This document shows positions 1 through 10,036 of a stretch of DNA of 64,000 bases, piece after piece. Numbering within the stretch: the first letter of the stretch is position 1; the number at the start of each line of letters is the position of its first letter. A program made the position numbers and the translations under genes. Under the pieces are notes generated by a model. It ran no database searches. It saw only the letters and a list, made by a program, of their open reading frames with translations, and was not told the DNA's origin. The DNA is from Ruminococcus bicirculans (ex Wegman et al. 2014) (GTDB lineage Bacteria; Bacillota; Clostridia; Christensenellales; DTU072), in assembly GCA_963642145.1 (NCBI GenBank), contig CAVIFU010000001.1, positions 4,645-68,644 on the forward strand. Reading direction: 5' to 3'.

Positions 1-45
1 TGCAAGCGTACCTCGATTCACACTCATATTAAAAGGAGAATAGCA

Positions 46-405
46 ATGGAAAAAGAAGACGTAAAGACCAACGCGTTTGACGATGTGGAAGACGTAGAGG
101 AAGAAGAAGTTATAGTTTTAGTCAATGAAGAGACCGGTGCGGAAACCGAATTTTCGTTACTTGCGATGTTGGAAGTGGACGGAGTCACGTACGCATATCT
201 CGAACCCTTGGAGGAGATAGAGGACTTTGAAGAGGGCGACGTACTCATTAACAGAGTGGAATTCGACGAGCAGGGCGAGGAGCACTATTTGCCGATAGAG
301 AGCGATGAGGAAATTGACAAAGCGTTCAAAGCCTTTGACGACATGTACGCGGAGCGTTACGGCATGCATTGCGACGGCACCCCGGCAACCGACGATGCGG
401 AGTAA
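46..405 (+). CDS. DUF1292-family small acidic protein
   Basis: 119-aa very acidic ORF with AGGAG upstream of the ATG. The central block EFSLLAMLEVDGVTYAYLEP is typical of DUF1292/YrzB-like Firmicute proteins. Confidence 0.8.
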   Translation: MEKEDVKTNAFDDVEDVEEEEVIVLVNEETGAETEFSLLAMLEVDGVTYAYLEPLEEIEDFEEGDVLINRVEFDEQGEEHYLPIESDEEIDKAFKAFDDMYAERYGMHCDGTPATDDAE

Positions 406-1066
406 AAGATCTAAATCGCCGGCGGCGATATTCCTTATAGCGATGTTGGCGTTGGCGGTATTTATGCTGCCGAGCTGCACGCCGAAAGAAGACGACCAAA
501 CCCAAAATCAAACTCAGGACGGAGAAACGATCATGAACCCGACTGCAACAATTATCATCAAGGACCAAAACGGCATTAACCGCAAAATCGTTATCGAGTT
601 ATACAAGGACAAAGCGCCTATAACCGTTAATAACTTTATAGAGCTTGCCAACAAAGGCATATATAACGGTACGATATTCCATCGCATCGTGCCTAACGGC
701 TGTTTGCAAGGTGGCGGATACAAACTTGTGGGTAACACGATAACCGAAATAGGCGAGGACGTCACGCCGATATACGGCGAATTCAGCTCAAACGGTTGGA
801 GCGGAAACGACATCAAGCACGAAAAGGGTGTAATATCCATGGCGCGTACAAGCGTTAAAGATAGCGCGACAAGCCAATTTTTCATTTGCGTCGATTCGTA
901 TCCGAGTTGGGACGGCGAGTATGCCGCGTTCGGCAAAGCCGTAGACGAAGAAAGTTTGAATAATCTCACCGAGCTCGGCAAGTCGGCATACGGCATGATC
1001 AACGCATACTTTCAAACTTTCCCTTATCCCATATTGACGCTTGTCAGCGTAACCATAAACGCGTAA
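395..1066 (+). CDS. peptidyl-prolyl cis-trans isomerase, cyclophilin type, probable lipoprotein
   Basis: Cyclophilin motifs are present (FHRIVPNGCLQGGGY, ISMARTS..DSATSQFFI). I place the start at ATG 395 (MRSKRSK, hydrophobic stretch, LPSC lipobox-like) rather than the track start at 305, which would overlap most of the upstream gene. Confidence 0.85.
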   Translation: MRSKRSKSPAAIFLIAMLALAVFMLPSCTPKEDDQTQNQTQDGETIMNPTATIIIKDQNGINRKIVIELYKDKAPITVNNFIELANKGIYNGTIFHRIVPNGCLQGGGYKLVGNTITEIGEDVTPIYGEFSSNGWSGNDIKHEKGVISMARTSVKDSATSQFFICVDSYPSWDGEYAAFGKAVDEESLNNLTELGKSAYGMINAYFQTFPYPILTLVSVTINA

Positions 1067-1121
1067 TAATTAGTTATTGCAAAAGTTACGCGCTTGTGGT
1101 ATGATAATCAAGAGGCGATAT

Positions 1122-2600
1122 ATGACGGCACGCGCAAACAACATAGCTAAGTATATAATGATTTTGGCAATTATTTTGATTGTCGCTTTTGCGTGCGCGT
1201 CGATTGTCGGAGGACATGGCGTAGCGTTAGCCGCGGATGAGGATTCCGAGTCCTCAACGGGGAGCGATAACGCCTATTCGGTAGTCGTGACGGATTATGC
1301 GAGCGGCAAGACTCTATCGGAGGGTGCTTCCGACGAGAACGCCGTCACGTATAACGCACGTTCGCGCGATATCCGAATATCCGTCAAGCAAAACGGCGTA
1401 GACCGGGATGATTACACCGTAACGTATTATCGCGTCAATGACGGCAAGAAGGGGCTTGTTTCGGAGCCGTTAGCGCATGCCGGCGACTATGAAATCGTCG
1501 TCAAAATCGATGCAAACGAGTATGCTTACTCGTTCAAGATAAACAGGGCGCCGGTCACCGTGGACGTGAGCGGCGGATACGAATATACGTACAGCGGCGC
1601 AAAATACAGCCGTACCGTTTCTTTGCTCGGCGTAATCACGGGCGATTCCTGCAATGTGCAAACGACTTATTCATATCTTGACGAAGAGGGCGAGCGCGTA
1701 GACGTCGAAGGTTCGCCGTCCGACGTGCACGAATACACGGTAGAATACGCCGTTGACAATTCCGATTATTACATAACGGGCTGTAACGGCAAAAGTCCGG
1801 ATGTGTTCAATATAACCCCCAAAACGCTTACCGTCAAGGTCGAAAACATTTCGGTCAAGTACGGGCAAGAGCCGGAATACAAGTTTGCTTACAGCGGATT
1901 TGCGCAGGGCGAGGACAAAAAGGTAATCAAGGTTTTGCCCAAAGTAAAGGGCGCGTCCGCGGAAGTAGGCGGTTACGAGGTAACTCCTTACGGCGCGGAA
2001 GCGGATAATTATGTCTTCGAATACGTTTCGGGCATCCTCACGGTAGACGCGTTGGAAGCAAGCGGAATTGTCGAGGGCACCGCGAGCGAGATAACGGTTA
2101 AAGGCGAATTTACACCCAATACGGCATTTTCGGGATCCCTAATCGACGTTAAGAGTGATGAGGGCAAAGCGGTTATCAAGGACGTCAAAGCCAACAAAGC
2201 TTTTCCTACCGCTTCCAAAGCGATTGCGATATACGCTATCGGCGTTGCCGAAGGCAAGGAGGTATCCGAGCTTGTCAACGTCACGCTGACCAACGTCACG
2301 CTGGATGCAAAAAAGACTTATTCGATAATAGCCATATCTTCTAGTGGCGTCATAAAGACAATCACAAAGTACACGTATGCAAACGGTGTATTGTCGTTCA
2401 ATTCCTATGGCACGGGGACGTTCCTGATCGTAGAAAACCAAGCTAACTTGGCAATATGGATTTATTGCGGAGTCGGCGTTGTCGTGCTGCTCATATTGCT
2501 ATTGCTCGGAGCCAAGGCGCAATACTACAATTACAAGCGTTCGATTGCGCGCGATAAGCGCCGGAAACAGCGCAAAAAGTACGGCGAGTATACTTGGTAA
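1122..2600 (+). CDS. MBG-domain repeat surface protein with C-terminal TM anchor
   Basis: AGAGG lies 6 nt before ATG 1122. It has an N-terminal signal/TM segment and repeated Y.G....AG.Y......NY modules (e.g. KTLTVKVENISVKYGQEP..GFAQGED..GGYEVTPYGAEADNYVFEYVSGILTV). The C-terminus is hydrophobic helix plus basic tail (KRSIARDKRRKQRKK). Confidence 0.8.
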   Translation: MTARANNIAKYIMILAIILIVAFACASIVGGHGVALAADEDSESSTGSDNAYSVVVTDYASGKTLSEGASDENAVTYNARSRDIRISVKQNGVDRDDYTVTYYRVNDGKKGLVSEPLAHAGDYEIVVKIDANEYAYSFKINRAPVTVDVSGGYEYTYSGAKYSRTVSLLGVITGDSCNVQTTYSYLDEEGERVDVEGSPSDVHEYTVEYAVDNSDYYITGCNGKSPDVFNITPKTLTVKVENISVKYGQEPEYKFAYSGFAQGEDKKVIKVLPKVKGASAEVGGYEVTPYGAEADNYVFEYVSGILTVDALEASGIVEGTASEITVKGEFTPNTAFSGSLIDVKSDEGKAVIKDVKANKAFPTASKAIAIYAIGVAEGKEVSELVNVTLTNVTLDAKKTYSIIAISSSGVIKTITKYTYANGVLSFNSYGTGTFLIVENQANLAIWIYCGVGVVVLLILLLLGAKAQYYNYKRSIARDKRRKQRKKYGEYTW

Positions 2601-2652
2601 CGGCGACGCGTAACTAAAGCTTGATTTTTTTACACTAATTTATAAAAAGCGT

Positions 2653-2681
2653 TTGCAAACTGCGCGCGCATATGTTATTAT
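2653..2681 (+). promoter_or_regulatory. sigma-A type promoter upstream of rpsB (TTGCAA-17-TATTAT)
   Basis: The hexamers are read directly with a 17-nt spacer. A leader of ~100 nt precedes the rpsB SD. Confidence 0.5.
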
Positions 2682-2784
2682 ACATACGCCATTACGCACT
2701 CGCGCGGAGAAAGCGTGCCGTTGCCCGTATCGGGTTGCCGCTTTTTGAGAAACGCGAGGAGGAAAAAACACAGGAGGTATTAAC

Positions 2785-3582
2785 ATGGCAGTTATCACTA
2801 TGAAGCAGCTTCTCGAAGCAGGCGTCCACTTCGGACACCAAACCAAAAAATGGAACCCCAAAATGGCGAAGTACATTTATGACGCAAGGAACGATATACA
2901 CATTATCGACCTTCAACTTACCGTCGACCTCGTTGAGGAAGCCTATAAGTTCATTCATAAAGTAGCGTCCGAAGGTAAATCCATACTTTTCGTCGGCAAA
3001 AAGAAGCAAGCCAAAGAAGCTATCAAAGAAGAAGCAGAACGTTGCGGCATGTTCTATATGAACGAGAGATGGCTCGGCGGTACCCTTACCAATTTCCAAA
3101 CCATTCGCACGAGAATCGATAAGCTCAACAAGATTAACCAGATGGAAGCTATCGGTGAGTTCGAACTCCTTCCCAAAAAGGAAGTTATCAAGCTCAAAGC
3201 AGAGCGCGATAAGCTCGAGCAAAACCTCGGCGGTATCAAAAACATGCGTACTCTCCCCGGCGCGCTCTTTGTCGTTGACCTCAAAATCGAGCACATCGCC
3301 GTTCAAGAAGCACGCGCCCTCGGTATTCCGATCGTAGGTCTTGTAGACACCAACTGCGATCCCGACCTCGTAGATTACGTAATCCCCGGCAACGACGACG
3401 CTATCCGCGCCATTAAGCTTATCGCAAGCGTTATGGCTGACGCCGTTATTGCGGCAAAAGAAGGCACCGAGTATCTTCCCTCCAAGGATACAGAAGAATC
3501 CGTAGAGGAAGTCCCCGCAGACGCCGTATTTGCAGATGAAGCTCCCGTAGCGGAAACTGCCGCGACTGAAACCGCAGAATAA
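2785..3582 (+). CDS. rpsB: 30S ribosomal protein S2
   Basis: [28 protein letters not shown]-terminus, GGAGG SD. Confidence 0.97.
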   Translation: MAVITMKQLLEAGVHFGHQTKKWNPKMAKYIYDARNDIHIIDLQLTVDLVEEAYKFIHKVASEGKSILFVGKKKQAKEAIKEEAERCGMFYMNERWLGGTLTNFQTIRTRIDKLNKINQMEAIGEFELLPKKEVIKLKAERDKLEQNLGGIKNMRTLPGALFVVDLKIEHIAVQEARALGIPIVGLVDTNCDPDLVDYVIPGNDDAIRAIKLIASVMADAVIAAKEGTEYLPSKDTEESVEEVPADAVFADEAPVAETAATETAE

Positions 3583-3600
3583 TCAAAAGGAGATACAAAC

Positions 3601-4272
3601 ATGGCATTCACAGCTAAAGACGTTCAAGAATTAAGACAACGTACCGGCGCCGGTATGATGGATTGCAAAAAGGCTCTTGTCGCATCTGACGGCGACGCGG
3701 AAAAAGCAGTAGAATGGCTCCGCGAAAAGGGCATCGCTACCGCTCAAAAGAAAGCGGGCAGAATAGCCTCTCAAGGTATCGTAGACAGCTACATCCACAT
3801 GGGTGGCAAAATCGGCGTTTTGGTAGAAGTAAACTGCGAAACCGACTTTGTAGCTAACGGCGAAGGCTTCCGTTCCTTCGTCCACGATGTAGCTCTCCAA
3901 ATAGCGGCTGCCAGACCTCTTTACGTTTGCAAAGAGGAAGTTCCCGCGGATATCGTCGAGCACGAGAAGATGATCGCCAGAGCACAAATCGATAACGATC
4001 CCAAGATGGCGAATAAACCGGAACCCGTCAAAGAGAAGATCATAGAAGGCAAAGTCGATACTTATTACAAAGAGAACTGCCTCTTGGATCAAGCTTTCGT
4101 CAAAGATCCTTCCAAGACCATCGGTCAACTTGTAATAGAGACTACCGCTAAGTGCGGAGAAAAGGTTGCCATTCGTCGTTTCATCAGATACGAAATGGGC
4201 GAAGGTCTCGAAAAGAAAGTCGACAATTTTGCCGAGGAAATCAACGCGGCTGTCGCAAGCATGAAAAAATAA
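3601..4272 (+). CDS. tsf: translation elongation factor Ts (short form)
   Basis: [22 protein letters not shown]-like N-terminus; follows rpsB. Confidence 0.96.
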   Translation: MAFTAKDVQELRQRTGAGMMDCKKALVASDGDAEKAVEWLREKGIATAQKKAGRIASQGIVDSYIHMGGKIGVLVEVNCETDFVANGEGFRSFVHDVALQIAAARPLYVCKEEVPADIVEHEKMIARAQIDNDPKMANKPEPVKEKIIEGKVDTYYKENCLLDQAFVKDPSKTIGQLVIETTAKCGEKVAIRRFIRYEMGEGLEKKVDNFAEEINAAVASMKK

Positions 4273-4290
4273 TCGATAATATGCAAAAAA

Positions 4291-4317
4291 AGAGATACTT
4301 TGGTATCTCTTTTTTTT
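4291..4317 (+). terminator. rho-independent terminator after tsf
   Basis: The stem AGAGATAC/GTATCTCT has loop TTTG, is followed by T7 and preceded by an A-run. Confidence 0.75.
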
Positions 4318-4319
4318 AA

Positions 4320-5033
<714 letters not shown>

Positions 5034-5087
5034 AAGACGTTAGTCGGAGTCTATTTTATTGCAAATATTACTTTGATGTGGTAGAAT

Positions 5088-5435
5088 ATGGCTATGGAAG
5101 AAATCAAGTCACAAGTTGTAGAAAGATACCAACGTCTTATTGCCTCCGTCGCCAACGAAGCGATAGACAAGGTAGAGGGCGTTACCAAAGAAGAGGGCGT
5201 GGTTAAGTATCGTTTCGGGCTTTCTTCTTTGAAAAACACCAATTGCCATGTCTTTATAGGCAACGATCGCCGAGTCATCATAGACATATACGTCAATGTC
5301 GATTTGGGATACAGTATCCCGGAAGTGGTTTGCGCGTTGCAAGAGACGATAAAAAACGATGTCGAAGCCGCTACGCATTTCACGGTAAAGGCTATCAACG
5401 TAACCGTATCTAACATAAATCCGGTCAGCCGGTAG
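5088..5435 (+). CDS. Asp23/Gls24-family envelope stress protein
   Basis: 115 aa, with typical Asp23 length and pattern (IA..A..A...V.GV....; V.V.I.V..G..I.EV....Q..I...VE). It sits upstream of nusB, as in many Clostridia. Confidence 0.8.
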   Translation: MAMEEIKSQVVERYQRLIASVANEAIDKVEGVTKEEGVVKYRFGLSSLKNTNCHVFIGNDRRVIIDIYVNVDLGYSIPEVVCALQETIKNDVEAATHFTVKAINVTVSNINPVSR

Positions 5436-5444
5436 AGAGAATAT

Positions 5445-5858
5445 ATGCAGAATAGAAAAAGAGCGCGCGATAGCGCGTACAAACTCATTTACGAATACTT
5501 GTTTTCTGGCGAATATAACGAACGTACCCTTGCCGTAATGACGGCGCAGGATTTACCCATGAATGACATCGAGTATGTGGAAGAAGTCTATCGCGGAGTA
5601 ATAGACCACATGGACGAGCTCAAAACGATCATAGGCAATTACGCCGTCGGATTTGACGTCGATCGCATCTATAAACTCGACCTTGCGGCGCTTTGTCTTG
5701 CCATATACGAGATGAAATATATGCCCGATATCCCCATGGGCGTTTCCATAAGCGAAGCCGTGGAACTTGTTAAACTGTATTCTACGGAAAAGAGTCATGT
5801 ATTCGTCAACGGCATATTGAGCTCCGTTTATAAGTGTTTGACGGCGCAAAATGGCTGA
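5445..5858 (+). CDS. nusB: transcription antitermination factor NusB
   Basis: 137 aa; AALCLAIYEM...P..V.ISEAVELVK.YS....HVFVNGIL. Confidence 0.92.
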   Translation: MQNRKRARDSAYKLIYEYLFSGEYNERTLAVMTAQDLPMNDIEYVEEVYRGVIDHMDELKTIIGNYAVGFDVDRIYKLDLAALCLAIYEMKYMPDIPMGVSISEAVELVKLYSTEKSHVFVNGILSSVYKCLTAQNG

Positions 5859-7056
5859 TCGTAACTATATAACCGTATCCGAACTCAATTTTTATCTTAA
5901 CCGCATATTGGACGCGGAGGAGCTCTTGCACGATATCTACGTACTCGGAGAAATCAGCGGAGCTTCCATACACAAAGGCAATTTGTACTGCACGCTCAAA
6001 GACGAGGACGCACAGATTGCCGTTTGTTGTTTTAATGCGGAAAAAACGTATATGCCGGAGGTCGGCGAGCAAGTATTGCTTTACGGCACCCCGAACTATT
6101 ACACAAAGACCGGTAAGCTTTCTTTTGTCGCAAAGAGGATAGAGCCGTTTGGCAAAGGCAAACTCCATGCCGAGCTTGAAGCGCTCAAAAAGCGTTTGGC
6201 AGAGGAAGGCATATTCAACGACGGGCACAAAACGCCGGCGCCGAGATTTTCGCTCAAAGTCTGCGTCGTAACAAGCATAAACGGCGCTGTAATCCGTGAT
6301 ATTTATTCGACCATACGCAAATACAACAACCTTATCGACGTTGCCGTAGTCAACGTTCAAGTACAGGGCAAAACCGCCGTCAAAGAGATATGCGACGGCT
6401 TGCGTCTTGCGGATAAGGGCGGATTCGACACCGTTATTTTGGCGCGCGGAGGCGGTTCTTTTGAGGATTTGATGCCGTTCAATTCCGAAGAAGTAGCAAT
6501 GACGTTGTACAATATGAACACGTATGTCATTTCCGCAGTCGGGCACGAGACCGATTTTACCATTGCGGATTTCGCCGCGGACGCAAGAGCGCTTACTCCT
6601 ACCGCTGCGGCAGAAATGATTGCCTTTGACACGGAGCAACTCATAGAAGACGTAAAAACCGAGCTCAAGATAGCCGGGCGTAAACTCGATAACAAACTCA
6701 ATCTGTATCTTGCCAAAGTGTCGGAATTGTATAGACGCGTAACGTTAGGCGTTACCAAAGAGCTTACCGGCGCAGAGTGGCGCGTACATTCCGCGTTATC
6801 GCGAGCGAAAAACCTTACGGAACGCAAACTTATTGCAGGCGAACACAGCTTTGACTCTCTCGCGGGCAAGCTCAGCGCTCTAAATCCCGCAAGAATATTG
6901 AGTTCGGGTTATTTCAAAGCAGAGCGCGATTCGCTCGGTATTTCCGCGATTAAAGACCTTAAACGCGGAGATATAATCAAATTATTCGGCGTGGACGGAT
7001 ATGCAGAGGCGGAGATATTGAACACAAAAATCGAGAAAAGGACGGAGACGAAATGA
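5851..7056 (+). CDS. xseA: exodeoxyribonuclease VII large subunit
   Basis: The N-terminal OB fold begins YITVSELN.YLN..L; ARGGGS.EDL.PFN and TGVGHETDFTIADF-like motifs are present. It overlaps nusB by 8 nt. Confidence 0.95.
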   Translation: MADRNYITVSELNFYLNRILDAEELLHDIYVLGEISGASIHKGNLYCTLKDEDAQIAVCCFNAEKTYMPEVGEQVLLYGTPNYYTKTGKLSFVAKRIEPFGKGKLHAELEALKKRLAEEGIFNDGHKTPAPRFSLKVCVVTSINGAVIRDIYSTIRKYNNLIDVAVVNVQVQGKTAVKEICDGLRLADKGGFDTVILARGGGSFEDLMPFNSEEVAMTLYNMNTYVISAVGHETDFTIADFAADARALTPTAAAEMIAFDTEQLIEDVKTELKIAGRKLDNKLNLYLAKVSELYRRVTLGVTKELTGAEWRVHSALSRAKNLTERKLIAGEHSFDSLAGKLSALNPARILSSGYFKAERDSLGISAIKDLKRGDIIKLFGVDGYAEAEILNTKIEKRTETK

Positions 7057-7265
7057 ATTTCGAAAAAGATCTGGAAACGTTGGAGAAAATCGTTGAAAAA
7101 CTCGAGAGCGACACTCTCGGCATAGAAGAAAGCCTTGCTCTGTATAACGAAGCCATCGCGCTCGGCAAGAAGTGCGCTGTAGCTATCAAAGAGAGTAAGG
7201 GCAAGCTCGAACTGCTAAATGCGGACTTGTCTCGCATAAATCTCGACGGGGACGTGGAAGAGTAG
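7053..7265 (+). CDS. xseB: exodeoxyribonuclease VII small subunit
   Basis: 70 aa; FEKDLETLEKIVEKLES..L.IEESLALY.E...L.K.C. ATGA overlap with xseA. Confidence 0.93.
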   Translation: MNFEKDLETLEKIVEKLESDTLGIEESLALYNEAIALGKKCAVAIKESKGKLELLNADLSRINLDGDVEE

Positions 7266-7309
7266 GTAATAACTCGGTAGCGCAAGCATATTTTTTATTA
7301 GGAGAATAT

Positions 7310-7936
7310 GTGCGCGAAAAAAGCAGAAACCATACGAATGAACCGAAACGCGTAGCCGAGTGTTCCGTAAAGAGCGATTTGGTACCCCAAAGTTCGAGAA
7401 AAGTATCAGACGGACTATCGCAAACGACAATCTGGACTATAAAAATCACCGTTGTGACGTTTGTGCTCGGCGCGTTCTTTTCGTTTATATCGGAGCTTAC
7501 GTCGTCGATCGCTCATGTGGGAATTGCCTTCATTTTGTTGGTATTGCTTATCTCGGTGAGTATAGTATGCGACGCAATAGGCGTAGCCGTAACGTCGTGC
7601 GACGTATCGGCATTTACCAAAGCGGAACGCGAAAACGACAAAGGCGACGCAACAGCCGTTAAGCTCGTCAAGAACGCGGAGAAGGTATCCAATATTTGTT
7701 GCGACGTAATAGGCGATATATGCGGCATAGTAAGCGGCGCTTGCACCGTTGCCATAGTTATGAAGCTTGTTTCGGACGCAACGATAAATTATTGGGTAAC
7801 CATTTGTTTTTCGAGTGTAGTGGGTGCGTTTACGGTCGGTGGCAAAGCGATATTCAAAAACTTGGCGTTGAAAAATAGCAAAGAAATCATCATGTTCGTA
7901 GCAAAGCGCATTGACGCTTTGCGCAAGAGGAACTAA
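7310..7936 (+). CDS. integral membrane protein, function unknown (weak CNNM/DUF21-like TM module)
   Basis: GTG start 5 nt after AGGAG, with about four hydrophobic segments. The stretch AVTSCDVSAFTKAEREND.GDATAVKLVKNAEKV...CDVIGDICGI loosely resembles DUF21. Confidence 0.6.
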   Translation: MREKSRNHTNEPKRVAECSVKSDLVPQSSRKVSDGLSQTTIWTIKITVVTFVLGAFFSFISELTSSIAHVGIAFILLVLLISVSIVCDAIGVAVTSCDVSAFTKAERENDKGDATAVKLVKNAEKVSNICCDVIGDICGIVSGACTVAIVMKLVSDATINYWVTICFSSVVGAFTVGGKAIFKNLALKNSKEIIMFVAKRIDALRKRN

Positions 7937-7938
7937 TA

Positions 7939-8661
7939 GTGGCAAGATTGGACGTTTCGCTTGCGGAGCTCGGATTGGCAAGATCTCGCACGCACGCACG
8001 TAATTTGATAGAACTCGGCAAAGTGACCGTCAACGGAGTTACCGTTTCCAAAGTGGCTACCGAGGTTTCGCCGTGCGATATTTTGTCTGTTGACGCATCC
8101 GATGATTTTGCCTCCTTGGGCGGACTTAAACTCAAAAAGGCGCTTGCTCATTATCATGTAGACGTAACCGGCAAAATTTGCATAGATATCGGCGCTTCCA
8201 ACGGCGGTTTCACCGACGTGCTGATTAAAAACGGCGCGTCTAAGGTTTACGCCGTCGATATCGGCGATTGTGCCTTGCCGGATGAGCTCAGGCACAACGA
8301 CAAGGTCGTTGTCAAAGATAAGCTTAACGCAAGGTATCTGGCGTTTGAGGACATAGGAATAAAGGCGGATATCGTCACGATAGACGTTTCGTTCATCTCG
8401 CTCAAATACATTCTTCCCGCAATGTTGCAGTTTTTGGATGATTCGAGCGTGATAATCGCGCTCATCAAGCCGCAATTCGAGGTGGGCAAAAGCAATTTAA
8501 CCAAAACCGGAATCGTTAAATCCAAAAAGGTAGCTTTGTCTGCTGCCGATGATGTTGCTAAGTACGCGGTAAGTATCGGGCTTTGCGCCGAACAATATGT
8601 AGAAGCACCGCATCCGTTTGAAAACAAGAACCAAGAATATCTGATTCTTTTGCATAAATAA
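7939..8661 (+). CDS. tlyA: TlyA-family rRNA (cytidine-2'-O)-methyltransferase
   Basis: An S4-like N-terminus (RLDV.LAELGLARSR..A..LI..G.V.VNG) is followed by an FtsJ-type SAM fold (CIDIGASNGGFTDVL). GTG start. Confidence 0.92.
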   Translation: MARLDVSLAELGLARSRTHARNLIELGKVTVNGVTVSKVATEVSPCDILSVDASDDFASLGGLKLKKALAHYHVDVTGKICIDIGASNGGFTDVLIKNGASKVYAVDIGDCALPDELRHNDKVVVKDKLNARYLAFEDIGIKADIVTIDVSFISLKYILPAMLQFLDDSSVIIALIKPQFEVGKSNLTKTGIVKSKKVALSAADDVAKYAVSIGLCAEQYVEAPHPFENKNQEYLILLHK

Positions 8662-8697
8662 GGGCGTTCCATATTTGAAAAATACAAATTTACTTAA

Positions 8698-8725
8698 ATA
8701 CAAGCGTTATACTTGTATATTTTTT
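8698..8725 (+). terminator. rho-independent terminator after tlyA
   Basis: Stem ATACAAG/CTTGTAT followed by ATTTTTT. Confidence 0.55.
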
Positions 8726-8741
8726 GCATAAGTTGTATAAT
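8713..8741 (+). promoter_or_regulatory. candidate extended -10 promoter giving a leaderless nadK mRNA (TTGTAT-17-TGTATAAT)
   Basis: TATAAT ends 6 nt before the nadK ATG at 8748. No SD-like sequence lies between them. Confidence 0.4.
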
Positions 8742-8747
8742 TAAAGC

Positions 8748-9596
8748 ATGAAAGTCGGTATACATACAAATCTTACGAGGGATAAGAACGGGGAAGTTAC
8801 CCGAAAAGTGTTGGACGTGCTTGCAGATATCGGCGTAGAAGTCGTTTATTCCGAAGAGTTATCGGCATTTGCGCAAGGCGCTTGTTGCTACGATATCGTA
8901 AAACTCGCGCATGTCAGCGACATGCTGGTTGTTTTAGGCGGTGACGGGACGATTTTGCGTTTGGCGCGCTGTTGTGCCGAAGAAAATACGCCGGTTTACC
9001 CCGTAAACATCGGGCACAAAGGCTTCCTTGCGGAGGAAGAAATAGATCGTCTTGCGGAGTATCTCAGGGACGCCGTTGCCGGAGAGTGCGAGTATGACGT
9101 CAGGCGATTGCTTAGAGTTGACTGCAAAAACAAAACATACTATGCGCTTAACGACGTTGTAGTGTTGCACGGTACACGCACGAAACTGCTCAAAGCGGAC
9201 TTGAAAGTAAACGGAGCCTTGTTGGACAGATATACGTCGGACGGGCTTATAGTTTCAACTCCGACGGGTTCGACTGCCTACAATCTTTCGGCGGGAGGTC
9301 CGATAATTTCTCCGGACGCAGAGGTGCTGGTAGCAACGCCCATTTGTCCGCACTCTCTTTTTACTCGTCCCATAGTAGTTAAATCCACCGGCAATTTTAC
9401 CGTCGATATTCTGCGAGTGGAGCCCTTCGCGCGGCTCGACGTGGATGGCGAAGAAGTGGATACGCTTAGCGTCGGCGACTCTGTCAATATTACCGAATCG
9501 GAGCTAAGTATACGATTTATAAGGCATAAAAATTACAATTTTTATGATAAATTATTAAATAAAATGTATTATTGGAGCTATGTGGATAAACAATGA
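8748..9596 (+). CDS. nadK: NAD(+) kinase
   Basis: GGDGT.LR motif, DGLIVSTPTGSTAYNLSAGGPI. Confidence 0.95.
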   Translation: MKVGIHTNLTRDKNGEVTRKVLDVLADIGVEVVYSEELSAFAQGACCYDIVKLAHVSDMLVVLGGDGTILRLARCCAEENTPVYPVNIGHKGFLAEEEIDRLAEYLRDAVAGECEYDVRRLLRVDCKNKTYYALNDVVVLHGTRTKLLKADLKVNGALLDRYTSDGLIVSTPTGSTAYNLSAGGPIISPDAEVLVATPICPHSLFTRPIVVKSTGNFTVDILRVEPFARLDVDGEEVDTLSVGDSVNITESELSIRFIRHKNYNFYDKLLNKMYYWSYVDKQ

Positions 9597-10036
9597 CAAG
9601 GCAAGCAAGACAAGATAGGTTAATCGAGATTATAGAAGAGCGCGACATCGATACGCAACAAGAGCTTACGGACATCCTCAGATCCGAAGGATTTAAGGTA
9701 ACGCAAGCCACGGTTTCACGCGACATTCAGGAGCTGGGACTCCAAAAGACTTTGACCTCCGGCGGAAAGGCGCATTATGTCAAGCCGCTCGACCCAAAAC
9801 TGATGAGACTCAAAGTGCTGTTCCATCAGTCCGTGCTCGGCATCGATTCGGCGGAGAATTTCATTGTGTTAAAGACGCTGAGCGGCTCGGCAAATTCGGC
9901 GGCAATTCTCATTGACAGCCTGGAAAATAAGCACATTTTGGGGACGATCGCCGGTGACGACACCGTGCTGATTATAGTCAGAAGCAAGGCGGAAGTATCC
10001 GTAATCGTCAAACAACTCGAAAATTTCTTAGAATAA
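9593..10036 (+). CDS. argR: arginine repressor
   Basis: RQ..I..II.......QEEL...L...G..VTQATVSRDI.EL winged helix and a GTIAGDDT C-terminal domain. Confidence 0.94.
   Translation: MTRQARQDRLIEIIEERDIDTQQELTDILRSEGFKVTQATVSRDIQELGLQKTLTSGGKAHYVKPLDPKLMRLKVLFHQSVLGIDSAENFIVLKTLSGSANSAAILIDSLENKHILGTIAGDDTVLIIVRSKAEVSVIVKQLENFLE

Noticed and set aside
2692-3306. 204-aa minus-strand ORF opposite rpsB. Similar long antisense ORFs include 5806..6639 -, 3631..4128 -, 10444..11130 -, 23073..23885 -, 25802..26587 -, 27173..27847 -, 31374..31994 -, 32019..32951 -, 49851..50432 + and 61914..62636 +.
   Set aside because: Each lies entirely inside a confidently identified housekeeping gene on the other strand. 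None has an RBS or any recognisable motif. These are typical shadow ORFs.
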